Assembly: GCA_977016875.1 (NCBI GenBank)
Contig: CDRNST010000175.1
Location: forward strand, 1,488,001-1,552,000
Origin: Pavona decussata
Lineage: Eukaryota
Length of the DNA: 64,000 nucleotides
Direction of reading: 5' to 3'
Positions 22,621 to 34,467 of the stretch are shown in pieces. A program made the translations under genes and the position numbers. The notes under the pieces were generated by a model that saw only the letters and a program-made list of their open reading frames with translations, had not been told where the DNA came from and did no database searches. The number at the start of each line of letters is the position of its first letter. The first letter of the stretch is position 1.

Positions 22621-25200
22621 GTTGCAATAAGAAAGTTTTTCAGGTCGTAGATCCCCAAATGGCAAATAAGGTGCAGATTTGGAATAAAACTATACTACAT
22701 ATAAATTGGCTGCTCAACAAATTTTTCAACCTACTGACTGTAATTGTATATTCAGATTCTGTTTTTTTTTTTCTGACTTACCTATTTTGAGCACTAAACT
22801 TAACAAGTTGTTAGGTTCAACAATTTTTAACTGAATACTTGTTTCACCAGTACAAAAGGATGACCAGCTGAGGCAGCGGAATTCGTCAAGATAGTCATAG
22901 ACCACCATGGCATGTTTTGGAAATGTTATTGCATCTTGTATGCCAGGTTGTTGAAGTAAATATCTGATGTGCTTCTCCCCATCTGTGTATGCCGCTACGA
23001 ACTGCTCATTTTGAACAAATTTTGAGTGGACCTCTTCTTTAAGCTTGGCCTTAGTCTTCCGCAGTTCTTGTACAATGACATTCCTAATGACAGATACAAA
23101 GCAAGGAATTTCTTGTGCTTAAAAAATAACCTGTCATAAATTCAATTTTTTACTAGACTTTTCTCCCTTTTTTCTTCTTGAAAAGAACATAATCCAGTTT
23201 ATAATAAGGTTTTAATGATTTCAGAACTTGTAGTACTGTAAGTTGTAGGCGGCCATTTTCTTGATTTCTGGCAAAGGTTGAGTTTAGTGACCATCTCATG
23301 ATTAATTTTCGGTTTAAAAGGAAGTTCTGTTTGCAGTTCTTAGTTTGGTGTTTTATGTTCACATTGTTTTTGGTTTTCCTTGTCTTGGTAAAAATCATCA
23401 CTTGCTTCTTCATAAGAAGCAGATAGAGTATTTCTAACTTGTACATGTAAGGTTAATAACAGTTGTTGAAAAGGCAAAATGCCAGCGTGGTTTTTTTTTT
23501 TTTTGCATAAGTTAAAAAAATATTTGAGTAATTTGATTATTTTAGTAGTATTTTGTACCAATATGTGCTCATGCATTAAGGAAACAGTTATTATTTTTAT
23601 TTGTTATAATTATTTTATTTATTTATCATACCTGGGAAGAATAGGATTAAGACCAGTTTTCTCCGCCAGTTTGTTTCCCCAATGACCCCTCAAAATTGAA
23701 TTTATACTGGTTCTGGCCAGTGCTGAAGGAGGAAATAATGCCCACGTCAAAGTCGAAAAAGGCTTCGTGATGCTTTTTTACAAATGGTGGCATAAATGTG
23801 TTCTTGACAACTCTACCATCACAACAGTCTAGCATTGCCTCATGCAAGCTTTTCATTTGAAATTACTTCCGGTCACTTCTGTCGTCCACAAATTGCAGGA
23901 ATCGCTGGTCAGGTGTACACATTTTTTGCCTCCAGGCTTTTTTGCAGAGTCCGAGTCAAGGGGCCTTATGGCAGAAGAATGTCCAGAAATGGTGATGTCA
24001 CAAAAAAGGGATGGGAAAGTCCAGTGTAAACTTTTCCTTAATTCATTCAATTCGTCCTAAGCAGCCTCCCTGCCGATCTCACGCGAAACAAGAGGTACAG
24101 ATAACCTTGGCCATTCGGGGTAGGGCAAATACAACCAGTTCCTGGTCGGTCAATTGGCTGGTAAACAGTTCCCGAATCCTGGCACCTCTGTGGTAAGGAC
24201 TCAAAGTTTACGTTAAAAAAATACTTACTGCTTCTTTGCTGTTGACAACAGGCTAAGGGCGGTGATCAGGTAGAAGGAGTAATGTCTTGATAAATTTCCC
24301 TTGGACGCAAATGAATTTTGGCAGGTTTCAAAAGTCACTTTAGCCACTTTTCTTTCCGGAGAAAACATCGTAAACTAATTTAACGGATTTAAAGGCCAAA
24401 ACATCAACAACCATTGTAGCCAATTGACATACAAACACTTTTCAGAATTGTAGAGAAAAGCAATCTTTGGGCTTTCTATTTATTTAGTATGGAGAAATCC
24501 GCAGTTTTCGAGACCTATCGGCAGCGCGCTTGCCAAACAGGCTTTTTCGCTGTGCCTTTTTTTTTTTTAACGATGTGGGACATTAATCATTAATGGAAGC
24601 TCGGTAGGAGTGAAACACTTTCCAGAATGGCAGGGAAAAGTAATCTATAGGGCTTTATTTCTTTCTATTAAGTTTGGAGAAATCCGCAGTTTTCGAGACC
24701 TATCGAGTGGCCATATGCAATTAAAAAATCGACGAGTTCGTTATTTAGTCCATAATGAAGTGTCATTTGCTAAAGACGTATGAAAACCAGTTTTGACTGC
24801 CGCGCGGACTGCGGGCTCAATCCCCGTATGGCAGGAGGCACTTCAATTTGATCATAATGCATCCATCTTACTTGTACTCTCTGCTGCTTCTCTGTTTTCC
24901 GCTTCTTGTTTGAACAGCTGTTGTCACTACTGCCCTGCCTCATTCGGTTCAGGAGACCAGATAGCCGGTTGACTGTTCGCAATGAAAATGTAGTAGGTGG
25001 TGATCTCGCCAAGGCCAATCCTTCTTCACTATGGCCACTTATTAGGGACCTTAAGCAACTCACGACGACGGCCCAGTGGACGCCGGCCGTGAGTGTGGGA
25101 AACTAGGTCGAGGTCGACGTCTTTTGGCGGGAAACACAAGATTAAGCAAACAAGAGGACGACGGCATTTTTTTCTGAGGTCTTTGCCACTTCAGTTAGAT

Positions 25201-26778
25201 ATGGCATCCCTGAGAGATACTCGAGAAGCTTTATTGTTTGCATACTCTGAAGATTGGTTGGATGACGTAGAATTTCTCGTTTTGAATGAGCTCAACACTT
25301 CTAAAAACCTCGACTTTCCCTATGATTTGTACGACCAGTTTGATTTTGACGATATCGACGAAGCCGAGTGTATTGCCGAATTTCGTTTTGAGAAGCGACA
25401 CATTCTGCTACTAGAAGAGGTGCTACAGATCCCGCCTTTAATGAAATGCAACCAGAGATCGGTTTTCACCGGAACGGAAGGACTCTGTATGCTTCTTAAA
25501 AGGCTTGCTTACCCTTGTAGATATTCAGACCTCATTCATCGTTTTGGCAGACCAGTTCCTGTCCTAAGCATGATTACCAATGAAGTCATAGACCACATAT
25601 ACGGGACCCACCATCACAAGATAACTAACTGGAATGATGATATTCTGAACCCTATTGCCTTGCAAACGTACGCAGATGCAATTTCAGCAAAAGGAGCACC
25701 TTTAGCAAACTGCTTTGGATTTGTAGATGGGACAGTGAGACCAATTTCTAAACCCGGAGAACGCCAACGAGTGATGTATAACGGTCACAAGAGAGTTCAT
25801 GGCATCATAATTTTTTTTTTCTTTTAAGGTATGTTTTTGCGAAATTGCAGTAAGTCCATCTCAAGGAGAAATAAAAAATTCCTTGACATTCAAAGGCTTT
25901 CTAACAGCATTTCTTTCAAAGTCATCTCCATCAGTTTTCACCTCATCAACCCATTTTTATTTGCCTGCAGAGAAGCAAGGTTTCTTTGAAAACAGAGGGA
26001 CAATAACATTGATTTTCCTGAAACGGTTTTATGTTTGCTTGTACCTTTAGATAGTACTTGTGAGAATCCCAGGTATATAGTTAGTGTCCCAAATGCAATA
26101 TGAGAACAAAGTTCCTGTCCCCTAGCTGGATTTTATGTGGGAAGAGGAAGGGGGGGGGGGGGGGGGGTTAAGCCTACATGCAGCAGAAAATTCATTGGGA
26201 GAAATAGCACTACCTGATAACCTCCCCAGTCAGTGGATCCCAATGGCCTATGGGGGTTTGAACACACCCACTGCACCCTCCTACTGATAGGCAACATCAT
26301 TACATTTGGAAAAGCATTAATTAAGTGCAAATATTTTGTTCTTCCATGTCCATATCCACTGTGAAGAAGGAAGAAAGCATGATGCAAGCATGTTGACAGA
26401 ATCTGGGCTTTTGAGGCAACTACAACAGAATGCACTGTCACCTGCTGGCCAGCCTATGTGTATCTATGGGGACCCTGCATACCCACTGAGGGTACATTTG
26501 CAGGGTCCATTCAAGAATGCCCACTTAACTCCTCAGATGCAGCAGTTTAATAAGTGTATGAGTGAAGTTAGAGTTTCTGTTGAATGGCTTTTTAATGACA
26601 TCATAAATTATTTTAAGTACATGATTTTAAAAAAAATCTCAAGGTTGGTTTAAGTAGTGTAGGGAAAATGTACTTTGTATCAGCACTTCTTCGCAATGCT
26701 CTGACATGCCTATATGGCAATTCGACATCCAAGTTTTTTGATGTTCAACCTCCAAGGCTGGAAGACTATTTTGCATAA
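25201..26778 (+). pseudogene. Harbinger-family transposase of Pangu element 2, disabled
   Basis: MASLRDTRE...GFVDGTVRPISKP...HKRVHGI, then loss of the end of exon 1 and its donor near 25806. Exon 2 from 26367 (EGRKHDASML...GDPAYP...SVEWLF) has a frameshift near 26620 and ends PRLEDYFA*. Confidence 0.9.
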
Positions 26779-29616
26779 ATTTGAAGACTGAATTCCTGTA
26801 ATGTAAAGTATGTTTAATCAACAACCACTTTCTTCCAACAAGTAACAAGCAAGTAACCAAACTGTAAAGAACAGACCATTAATTTGTTGAGTTAGTAAAC
26901 AGATGAAAAACATCCAAAGTCCCTTGTCATACATCTTCTCTTCCATCTGTCATATAACTGAATATCTTGTTTACAAAAAACACAATTTAAAAACATCTTG
27001 ATTTTGATTTTAAAAAATGTTTGATTCTTGCTTTATAAGAAAACAAACAAGTGCAAAAACCAGATACCCCTAGTAAGTCATAACTTGCAATAAAAAAACT
27101 GTAACTGAACAAATCTCAACCTGCTGAATTTGATCCAGGTGTACTTTTTCTACTTTTTAGCAAACTTTTCCACAATTGCTAACATAGTTTGGTTTTGCTG
27201 CTGACTTTGTTGCATAAAAGCTGCTAACATATCTTGCATCTGCTGTCGTTGATTGACCTGTGGCAGTTGCATCTGTTGCAAAATATTGTTTTGTTGATCT
27301 ACAATTTTCTGCTGCTCAGATCTCCTTTGAGTCAGTTCTTCTTGCTTTATCTTCGTGTCGTTTTCCAATTTCTCTCTCATAAAGTCAAGAGTGTCTGAAC
27401 CACTACGTCTTGCTTTCTTCTTGTGCCCTGAAGCTGTCTCTCCAGTGGCTTCTTTGCGCTTCTTGCTTTGTCCAAGTTTTTCCATAGCTTGAAATTTCAT
27501 TTCTTCTGCATTTGCTTTGTCCTGCAATTCACTCTTTTTACCTGATTCCTCAATTAGATCTAGCTCTACTTGAGCTGCTTTTTCTTTCTCAGCTATCTCC
27601 TCTAAAGCAGCATCAAGTTCGGAAAGTTCTGGCACTTCAATTCCTGAGGCTCTTTCTTCTTCTCTTATTTTTAGTTTAAAGTTCCTCAGCAAAATCTTTG
27701 CTCGGTCTCTGACAGACTTCTGTGAAACTCGGAAACGTGGTGCATGAATAGCATTCAGATGAGTTGCAATAAGGTCCCATGCCTGTCCACTCTCCCTACT
27801 TCTGTTCTTAAATTTATAAGGTTCAACTGCCAACATCTCTCTGGCTAAGAGTACATCGTGTTCTTTTGACCATTTAAATGCTGGCAAGTTCCTAGAATTA
27901 CAGAGAAGAAAAAATTACCTATAATATTTTAACAAATTTAAATGATTTCCAAGGTATTGATTGTTTGAATAGAGTATACCAACAGACTTCAAATCAAGTA
28001 GTCCTCGTGTAAAAGTTTTGGCATAGGATGGGGTACTCTAGGATAAAAGGGGAACATTTTTGGAAAAGCAAATGAATTTACTATATAAATAGGAAATGTT
28101 TCCCCCAAAAAAACAACAACACCAAACAAGCAATGAAAAAGGAAACAAACATCAAATTTGGGGCTTTTTGCTACTAACTGAGTCAACTAATCTCAAATTC
28201 CATCCATTCTCCTTCCCAAACAAAAAAATATGTACAATTATCTCTGTCAACAGCCACAGCTACAATGGGCTACGTTCTGTAAACAAACAGATCACTGTGT
28301 TGCATATCATGGCTCACATTTCAGGGCTTCAATTCCCTTAAAATATAGATAATTTTGTTACTACGTGTTAAAATGATTTGCAATTGAATTATTGAGTCTT
28401 CGTTCGGAGGGGCTTGCAACGATTATCTTCGGGGATCCAAATTAAAGCTAACAGAAATGATATTTACAACCTTCACGACAGCAATAATTCTGCTTAGCAA
28501 GTTCAAAAGGACACATAATCAAACAATTAAATTGGAGAAATTAGTTCTGAGGGATATTCGACAGGTTAAACAGTGGACGGATTGTAGCATGTCAAATTGA
28601 AGGGAAAAAATCTCGCAACACAAATCACCAACTATGTAAAAAGTTTCTCGGAAGTATTCGTGCGCTTAATTTCTTAGAACCTGCCATACCGAAAATACAA
28701 CTTTCATTAAGAGTTTGCACTGAAAAATCCAATTCTAGCTTGAAAGAAAGGGCGCTTTCGCAGCCAAATTTCTTCTAAACGTAATTCAAAATAAAACTCC
28801 AAGAAAAGCCCTTACTTACGTAGCTCTTTCAGATGTTTGTTCACAGGAAGGTATAAAAATATATTATCGGACACTTTTTACCTCTTCGGCTCTATTGAAG
28901 CTCGCGATGGAGAAACAGCCGATTTATTCTTCCTCTAAAATAGTAATAGAGTACTCTTTATAGTCCCAGAAGATAATTGCGTAAAAAGCGTCACATTTCC
29001 CACAAAACTTACTCACAGAGGCTCGATTGGATTGATCGATTATCGGACATGCAAATCTATTATCGGACATGCGAATCTATTATCGGACATATGATACAAC
29101 TATTGTTTGGTGCCCAAATTTGGGAAGTGTGAGGGTCAGAACATCATGTAGGCCTACGTATAATGTCCCGGGACATAACCATGTGTAATATACATAACTT
29201 TACATGACTTATAGATAACTTTACATGACGTACTGACCAGATCAGACAGATCATCAATAATATTTCTATGATATATGTAAGTTTGCTACGTTTATTCTCA
29301 CGTGACAAGGTATTCAAGAACAAATATGTGAGCAAAGAGTTTCTTCTTGTTTATGATACAGACTGAGGGAAAAAGGGGTACTGTATACAATTCTGTTAGT
29401 TTAATATTTCGGAATGCTATTGCTTATGATGACCCAAAACATAAGCTTGCATCAACAACAAAGTTTCTTTGTAACTTAAAGCTACCTGTCAACTGTTCGC
29501 AGTTCAATGTCACTTCTTCTTAAATGATCTGCATGAGGGCCTAATTTTAGTGTAGAAGAACGTAAATTATTTCTTTAATCTAGGAGCAACAAGAGCTTAC
29601 AAATTTTTTTGGTTTT

Positions 29617-32115
29617 TTAATAGTCATTGTGGCTTGGGAAGCCCCGAACTTCACACTCCTCGCAGGTGTAGTCCACGAGTGTGTTGAAAGAATCAAGCAC
29701 TGGCAGATCCGTGCATTGAAAGTGGAACCATCCCCCGCAGTAATCACACTCTACCCATGGGTTTTCTTCTTCGGTGTAGTATTCTTTGCCGCACTTCGCA
29801 CAATGGTACTTTTCCTTTTCCTCTGCGGTCGCCGTCTTCTTTCTCTTTGCACGTGAACCATTCTTCCCCTTCTTTCCCCTATTATTTTTTTGGGCTTCTT
29901 TTGCTTCTTCCTTTCTTTTCTTTTCTTCTGCCTTTGCCTTCATTTTCTCTTTCCTTTCCTCTGCTTTCTTTTTCTTCTCCGCTGCCGTTCTCTCTCTCTC
30001 TTTTCTCTTTTCTTCTTTTTCCTTCTTTTCTTTTTCCTTTCTTTCGTTTTCTGACTGTAACGCAGCTACAAACAATTGGCCTGTTATACAGCTGTTGCTA
30101 GGATTCAGCGCGTTGTTCCCCCGTTTTCTGTTTGCGGTAGTTTTTCTTCTCAGATCTAACATTATGCTGCACAAATCTCCGTCGATATGAACAGATCCAA
30201 ATGGTGTGGAGATGGTGTAAGGCGATGGTTCCGCGCTGGAAGGAGGAGAAGGGAACACTCGAACTTCATCACTTTGGGACATGTTCACGGGCGAAGTGGC
30301 AGCTGGTGCTAATGGTGTGGAGGTGCTGTAAGGCGATGGTTCGCTGGAAGGAGGAGAAGGGAACACGGGGACTTCAGCACTTTGCGACACGTTCACGGGC
30401 GAGGTGGCAGCTGGTGGTACACTCAACATTGTCGGCAGTAGAGGACAGCCCATTTGTAGACAGTCACAAAAGCCGAATCCATCGCAAGTACAGTGGCAGG
30501 CGGACTGGCACGGGCAATTTGCGTTAACCTTGTCTCCTCCGATATCTCTGAACAACTCCCGCCATGTGTCGTACTGGTGGTCGCCGTCTATGTCATAACC
30601 GTTCTGAAATCGCCGTCTGAATCTCTCTCTCTCCGTCCTCCCAATTCTCTTCTCTAACGATGTCAGTGTTTCATAGGCTGCTGATATGCCAGGAGAATTG
30701 GATTGTGTACTTGGCGTACTTGGCCCACTGGGTGTCGATGAGAGAAATGGGTCCCCTTGAAGAAGCGATGGGCGTGGTGGAGTAATGGGCACATCAACCT
30801 CATGCATTAGTGGGAGTTCCATGCAAGGGGAAGCAGGCTCGGTAGCAAAACCATCTTGTCCCACTGTATCATCCTCAGTTGGAGGAGAGCTTTCACTAGT
30901 GGGTGGATCTGAATTCCTGATGGCGTCTCGGCTGGATGAACCAATGGTTGGCGCTAGCTTGGAGTAGTCAAACTGGGTCGGATCAAACGGATAGATACCA
31001 GCCCGTCTAAATCCTCCCCGGATGACTTGTGGAGTATTACTTGAGTGCCAGGCAACGTTAAAGATCTTAGCGAAATTACGCTGATTGACCACCATTGAAG
31101 CAATATGGTTGAAAGCTGCGCACGCCCTCACCCATCCCCGTTTCAGCGGGCCAAACAAGGACAAGTCCAGAGGCTGGAGAAGATGAGATGAATGAGCAGG
31201 CAAGCAGAAGACAAGGATTTTGTTTCTGATTGCTGTTTCGATTACGTCTTGCGTGACGTTCGCTTTGTGGCCATCAACCAAAAGCAAGACAGGCCGTTCC
31301 TCGGGAATATGTTTCAGAAACAGTTCATTGAACCACTTTAAATAGAGGTCCTTATCTATCCAGCCAGACTTCTGTGCTGTAAATAAGGTGTTTGTCGGTG
31401 CGCCCTCTTGAACCCCATTTGGTACGCGCCCACTTTGACTCTTATAGATCAACATGGGAGGTAGGCTATTCCCTGCAGCAGATGAGCAGGCCAGCACTGT
31501 CACTTTTTCATGCTGCCCTTTGGAAACGCGTGGAATGTGTTTTGCACCTCTTGCTGCGGCCACCGTCTTATTTATACTGTCAAACTCAAAGCCGCTCTCG
31601 TCACAGTTGAAAATCAAGTGCGGTTTCTCCAATAATGACCCATAAGGATTATCTGTGAGGGTTTCATAAAGGCGCTCGTAGAATTGCTCTATCGTTGTCC
31701 TGTTTACTAACGTGCGGACGATTCCAAAGTTTTGCGTCGCTCGCATAGAAATTTCAGGATTTCGCTTTAGAAAGTGTCGCCACCACATCTCTGAAAGGCA
31801 CCCCTCTACCTTTTTTCCTCGCTTAACGGCGATCTGCGTGGCCATGTACAAAATTATTTCTTTACTTTTACCATAGCCTTGCTTACTGACGTCAATCAGA
31901 TAACTGGCAAGTTTCTTTTCGTCCTCCGCGCTTAACATTCGTTCTGGGCCACTTAGAGCTCCGTGTTCAGTTCGCCCACTTATTCTATCCCCAAGAGTTG
32001 ATTTAGGGACATTCCAATCTGCAGCCGCTTTTCTTACGGAATCTCCATTTCTTACGGCCTCCATGGCAGCAACCATGTTTTCTTCCGTCCAAGTTTTTCT
32101 TTTTTTTGGTGGCAT
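29617..32115 (-). CDS. pogo-family transposase, 832 aa from MPPKKRKTW: HTH-psq, CENP-B HTH, DDE_1, Cys cluster, K/E coil, C-terminal PHD finger
   Basis: Uninterrupted ORF; FNCDESG, LLVDGH, QPLD (35 residues between the last two Asp); CAKC..WVECDYCGGWFHFQC..YTCEEC. Confidence 0.92.
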   Translation of the reverse strand: MPPKKRKTWTEENMVAAMEAVRNGDSVRKAAADWNVPKSTLGDRISGRTEHGALSGPERMLSAEDEKKLASYLIDVSKQGYGKSKEIILYMATQIAVKRGKKVEGCLSEMWWRHFLKRNPEISMRATQNFGIVRTLVNRTTIEQFYERLYETLTDNPYGSLLEKPHLIFNCDESGFEFDSINKTVAAARGAKHIPRVSKGQHEKVTVLACSSAAGNSLPPMLIYKSQSGRVPNGVQEGAPTNTLFTAQKSGWIDKDLYLKWFNELFLKHIPEERPVLLLVDGHKANVTQDVIETAIRNKILVFCLPAHSSHLLQPLDLSLFGPLKRGWVRACAAFNHIASMVVNQRNFAKIFNVAWHSSNTPQVIRGGFRRAGIYPFDPTQFDYSKLAPTIGSSSRDAIRNSDPPTSESSPPTEDDTVGQDGFATEPASPCMELPLMHEVDVPITPPRPSLLQGDPFLSSTPSGPSTPSTQSNSPGISAAYETLTSLEKRIGRTERERFRRRFQNGYDIDGDHQYDTWRELFRDIGGDKVNANCPCQSACHCTCDGFGFCDCLQMGCPLLPTMLSVPPAATSPVNVSQSAEVPVFPSPPSSEPSPYSTSTPLAPAATSPVNMSQSDEVRVFPSPPSSAEPSPYTISTPFGSVHIDGDLCSIMLDLRRKTTANRKRGNNALNPSNSCITGQLFVAALQSENERKEKEKKEKEEKRKERERTAAEKKKKAEERKEKMKAKAEEKKRKEEAKEAQKNNRGKKGKNGSRAKRKKTATAEEKEKYHCAKCGKEYYTEEENPWVECDYCGGWFHFQCTDLPVLDSFNTLVDYTCEECEVRGFPSHNDY
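30198..30418 (-). repeat. In-frame tandem duplication (~36-37 codons x2) within the pogo transposase
   Basis: PAATSPVNVSQSAEVPVFPSPPSSEPSPYSTSTP / PAATSPVNMSQSDEVRVFPSPPSSAEPSPYTISTP. Confidence 0.9.
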
Positions 32116-34467
32116 TTTGACCCTAAGGATGTGGATGATTATCTTAGAAATGCTCTTAAGTACATTTCCTTTACTTCTTTTACTCACCGATTGACCCACC
32201 CAGGAACCCCACCCTATTCCTGGTAGTGCCCCACCCCTTTTCTTACAGATCCACTTCCTTTCACCGAATAGTATGTTTTTTAAAATTGTAAAATTACTAC
32301 ATTTTACCACTAGAACGTCAGACATAGTATTGTAAACCGTTTCCTGGAATATCCCCTTTTGTCAATGAAAGACATGGGTCGGTATTAAAAAAAACTCAGA
32401 AAATCACGTAAAATTATAAATTGAGGAGCTAATTTCTCATTTCCCCTTGTTAACTGATCAAGGACCACATAAATAAGCCAAAATATAGCATTTTAAGCTT
32501 AACTTACCTGGATATTTGGAAATCCTGGACAAAATTCCCGCCAGACACATTGCGCACGCAAATCCTGTTTCGGTATGAAAGCTGGCCGTCCGATAATAGA
32601 TCGCAGGCGTATACAGGCAAAAACACCTTTAACCAGCGGTTGATCGCAAAAAACAGCCCCAATGGACTCATGGGAAAGAAAATGGAGGACAAGGTTGCGA
32701 TCGGCGAGTTTTCAGGGCAATCTCAGCAGTTTTGCGCCCGTTATTGAAATTTTTTTTTTTGTCGAGGGAAATTTGTTGGGAAAATCAAGCGCCATGGTTG
32801 TTGAAGGTAAGAAAACTAATTTCATTTTATATTTCCGCGGATTTACGACAGACAACTTGGTACACGCGGCGATTACATGCCATCTAGTCAAAGTGTTGGT
32901 GTTTCATAACCTTTTTTTTATTATTTTAGTGGAAAACAAAGTTTTTCCGTTTTTGTCCGATAATGTGTGGCGTCCGATAATATATATTTATACCTGAAGC
33001 CATCTTTGATTCCAGCTAGTTCACTGAAAACGAGAAAGTTCGTAAATGAATAAACAGCACATTCTCGTCAAATAGCACCACAAAATTTTTCTTCGATCTT
33101 AGAAAGCCCAAAACAACACTCACATGTGATTTGTTTCCTTAAAATGAGCAGGGAAAGAGAAAATAAGGAAATAAATGCTCACCTTCTGACGACGCCTTCA
33201 AAACCATGTGTCGCCCGACGTCGAGAGCTGAACGACGACTCAAGTTTTATCGCTGACATGCGCGGTAGCTGCAAATATTGCACTTTTACTTCCGGTCGCC
33301 CAATTTGGCGTCGTCGTCGTGAGTTGCGTAATGTCCCTATTATGTTGGCTGGCAGACGACGTTATTCACTAGAATTGGAACATCGCAGTCCTCCTGCACA
33401 GTTTCTACTTTGGCACGTTTCGTAGCTTAGTCCTTCTCCAAAGAATCACGATGCTCCATTGATTGACTGTCCTTTAGAGCTGCTCTCTCGTTGGAGGTTC
33501 CCAACAACCGTCCAGATGGAGGGGAGCTTATAGTCGTACTGTGTTTGCTCTCAAAAGCAGGTGTAAGTAAATTAGCCTCATCATCTCAGTCGTTGACATA
33601 GTGAAATTCAGGCTCTCTCTTCTTTACCTTTTAGGTCTTGACAGGTTCATTGAAATAATAGCTTGGATATTGCAAGCTCAATTGAAGCCTTCAAAGCTAC
33701 AAAGCACGTGGTTCAACTTAAACGAAAACACAGAATGAAAATTCATGAACCTTTCGCTTCCTCTACCCCAAAATATACTCCACTTTATAAACATCTGTTC
33801 TTGATGTTCTTTTGACCGGTGGACACAAAGCTTTTTGCTCGTCTACAGTGGAAAAGCCTTGCAACCTTTTGTAAAAACCGTTCGCGTGACGGGACGAAGT
33901 GTTGAAAAAATTCAGGGTCAACCGCGTTTAGTCTGTGAGGAGACAAATACCGAAAGTCTAAAATTAGCGAATCACGGTTTGAGTAGTACAATAGGTTAGG
34001 TTGTTTAGACGTCTGTTTAGACTAGAACCCAGACTCCTTGTTGTGGTTGTCACAAAGGAATGGAATATTCTGTGAACCACCTGGAAACTTTGTCTTATTG
34101 TTGATCCTCAGCCACTACTTGGAGGTTTTTCAGGACATTTGTATGGGTTGGAGTACAAACACTATACACGGCATGGATTTCTTTACCACTAACTCCACCC
34201 CAGAATGAATCCATTCCTTCTTTTAGTTCAGTGATACATGTAAAGGGCTTGTAAATACGTTCTGTCTCAGATACATGTAGAAGAATTTTCTTGGTGTTTG
34301 AGGTACTTGGACAGCTGTTACACCGTAATCACAGAGAATCTGTATCACATCTTCAGCTGAAAAAGGTTGCACACCAAGCAGGGCTTGTTGAAGGATTTTA
34401 CGTTCCTTTTCATGAAAGGATTGGAATAAAAAATTACTGTGACACCTGTCCGACCACGGCTTGCAGT

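Larger units (their letters stand above)
28849..32995 (-). mobile_element. pogo/Fot-like (DD35D) DNA transposon, apparently intact
   Basis: Terminal inverted repeat aggtataaa(a/t)atatattatcggac (23/24); subterminal attatcggac repeats (28863, ~29039-29088, and inverted at ~32588, 32955, 32972). Confidence 0.88.
27150..33003 (-). pseudogene. Myb/SANT-like accessory gene of Pangu element 2; exon 1 (33003..28820) split by pogo insertion, exon 2 (27891-27150) open
   Basis: Exon 2 NLPAFKWSKEHD...SGQAWDLIA...SVRDR...ASGIE with Gln-rich tail is homologous to 17517-18261. Same phase-2 intron after codon AC|. Confidence 0.85.
25044..33338. mobile_element. Second, diverged Pangu-type PHIS/Harbinger element (opposite orientation), interrupted by a pogo element
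   Basis: TIRs agggaccttaagcaactcacgacgacggc / agggacattacgcaactcacgacgacgac (26/29); ATT TSD (25041-25043, 33339-33341); same two-gene convergent layout. Confidence 0.92.

Noticed and set aside
24434-24704. Local ~185-bp-spaced duplication (ggagaaatccgcagttttcgagacctatcg x2)
   Set aside because: Real, but only two diverged units with no coding or structural clue; treated as an ordinary repeat remnant.
29035-29092. Short spaced direct repeats (attatcggacat x3) superficially CRISPR-like
   Set aside because: 20-bp period with near-identical spacers and the same word as the pogo TIR; these are subterminal transposase-binding repeats in a eukaryotic element.
29629-30190. Phe/Ser-rich plus-strand ORFs
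   Set aside because: Antisense shadows of the Lys/Glu-rich transposase segment; the same applies to 17661-17990 and 7438-8007.
32116-32325. N-terminal 70 aa of the 902-aa ORF
   Set aside because: No domain-like character; MPPKKRKTW at 32115 directly precedes the HTH and is the more plausible start.
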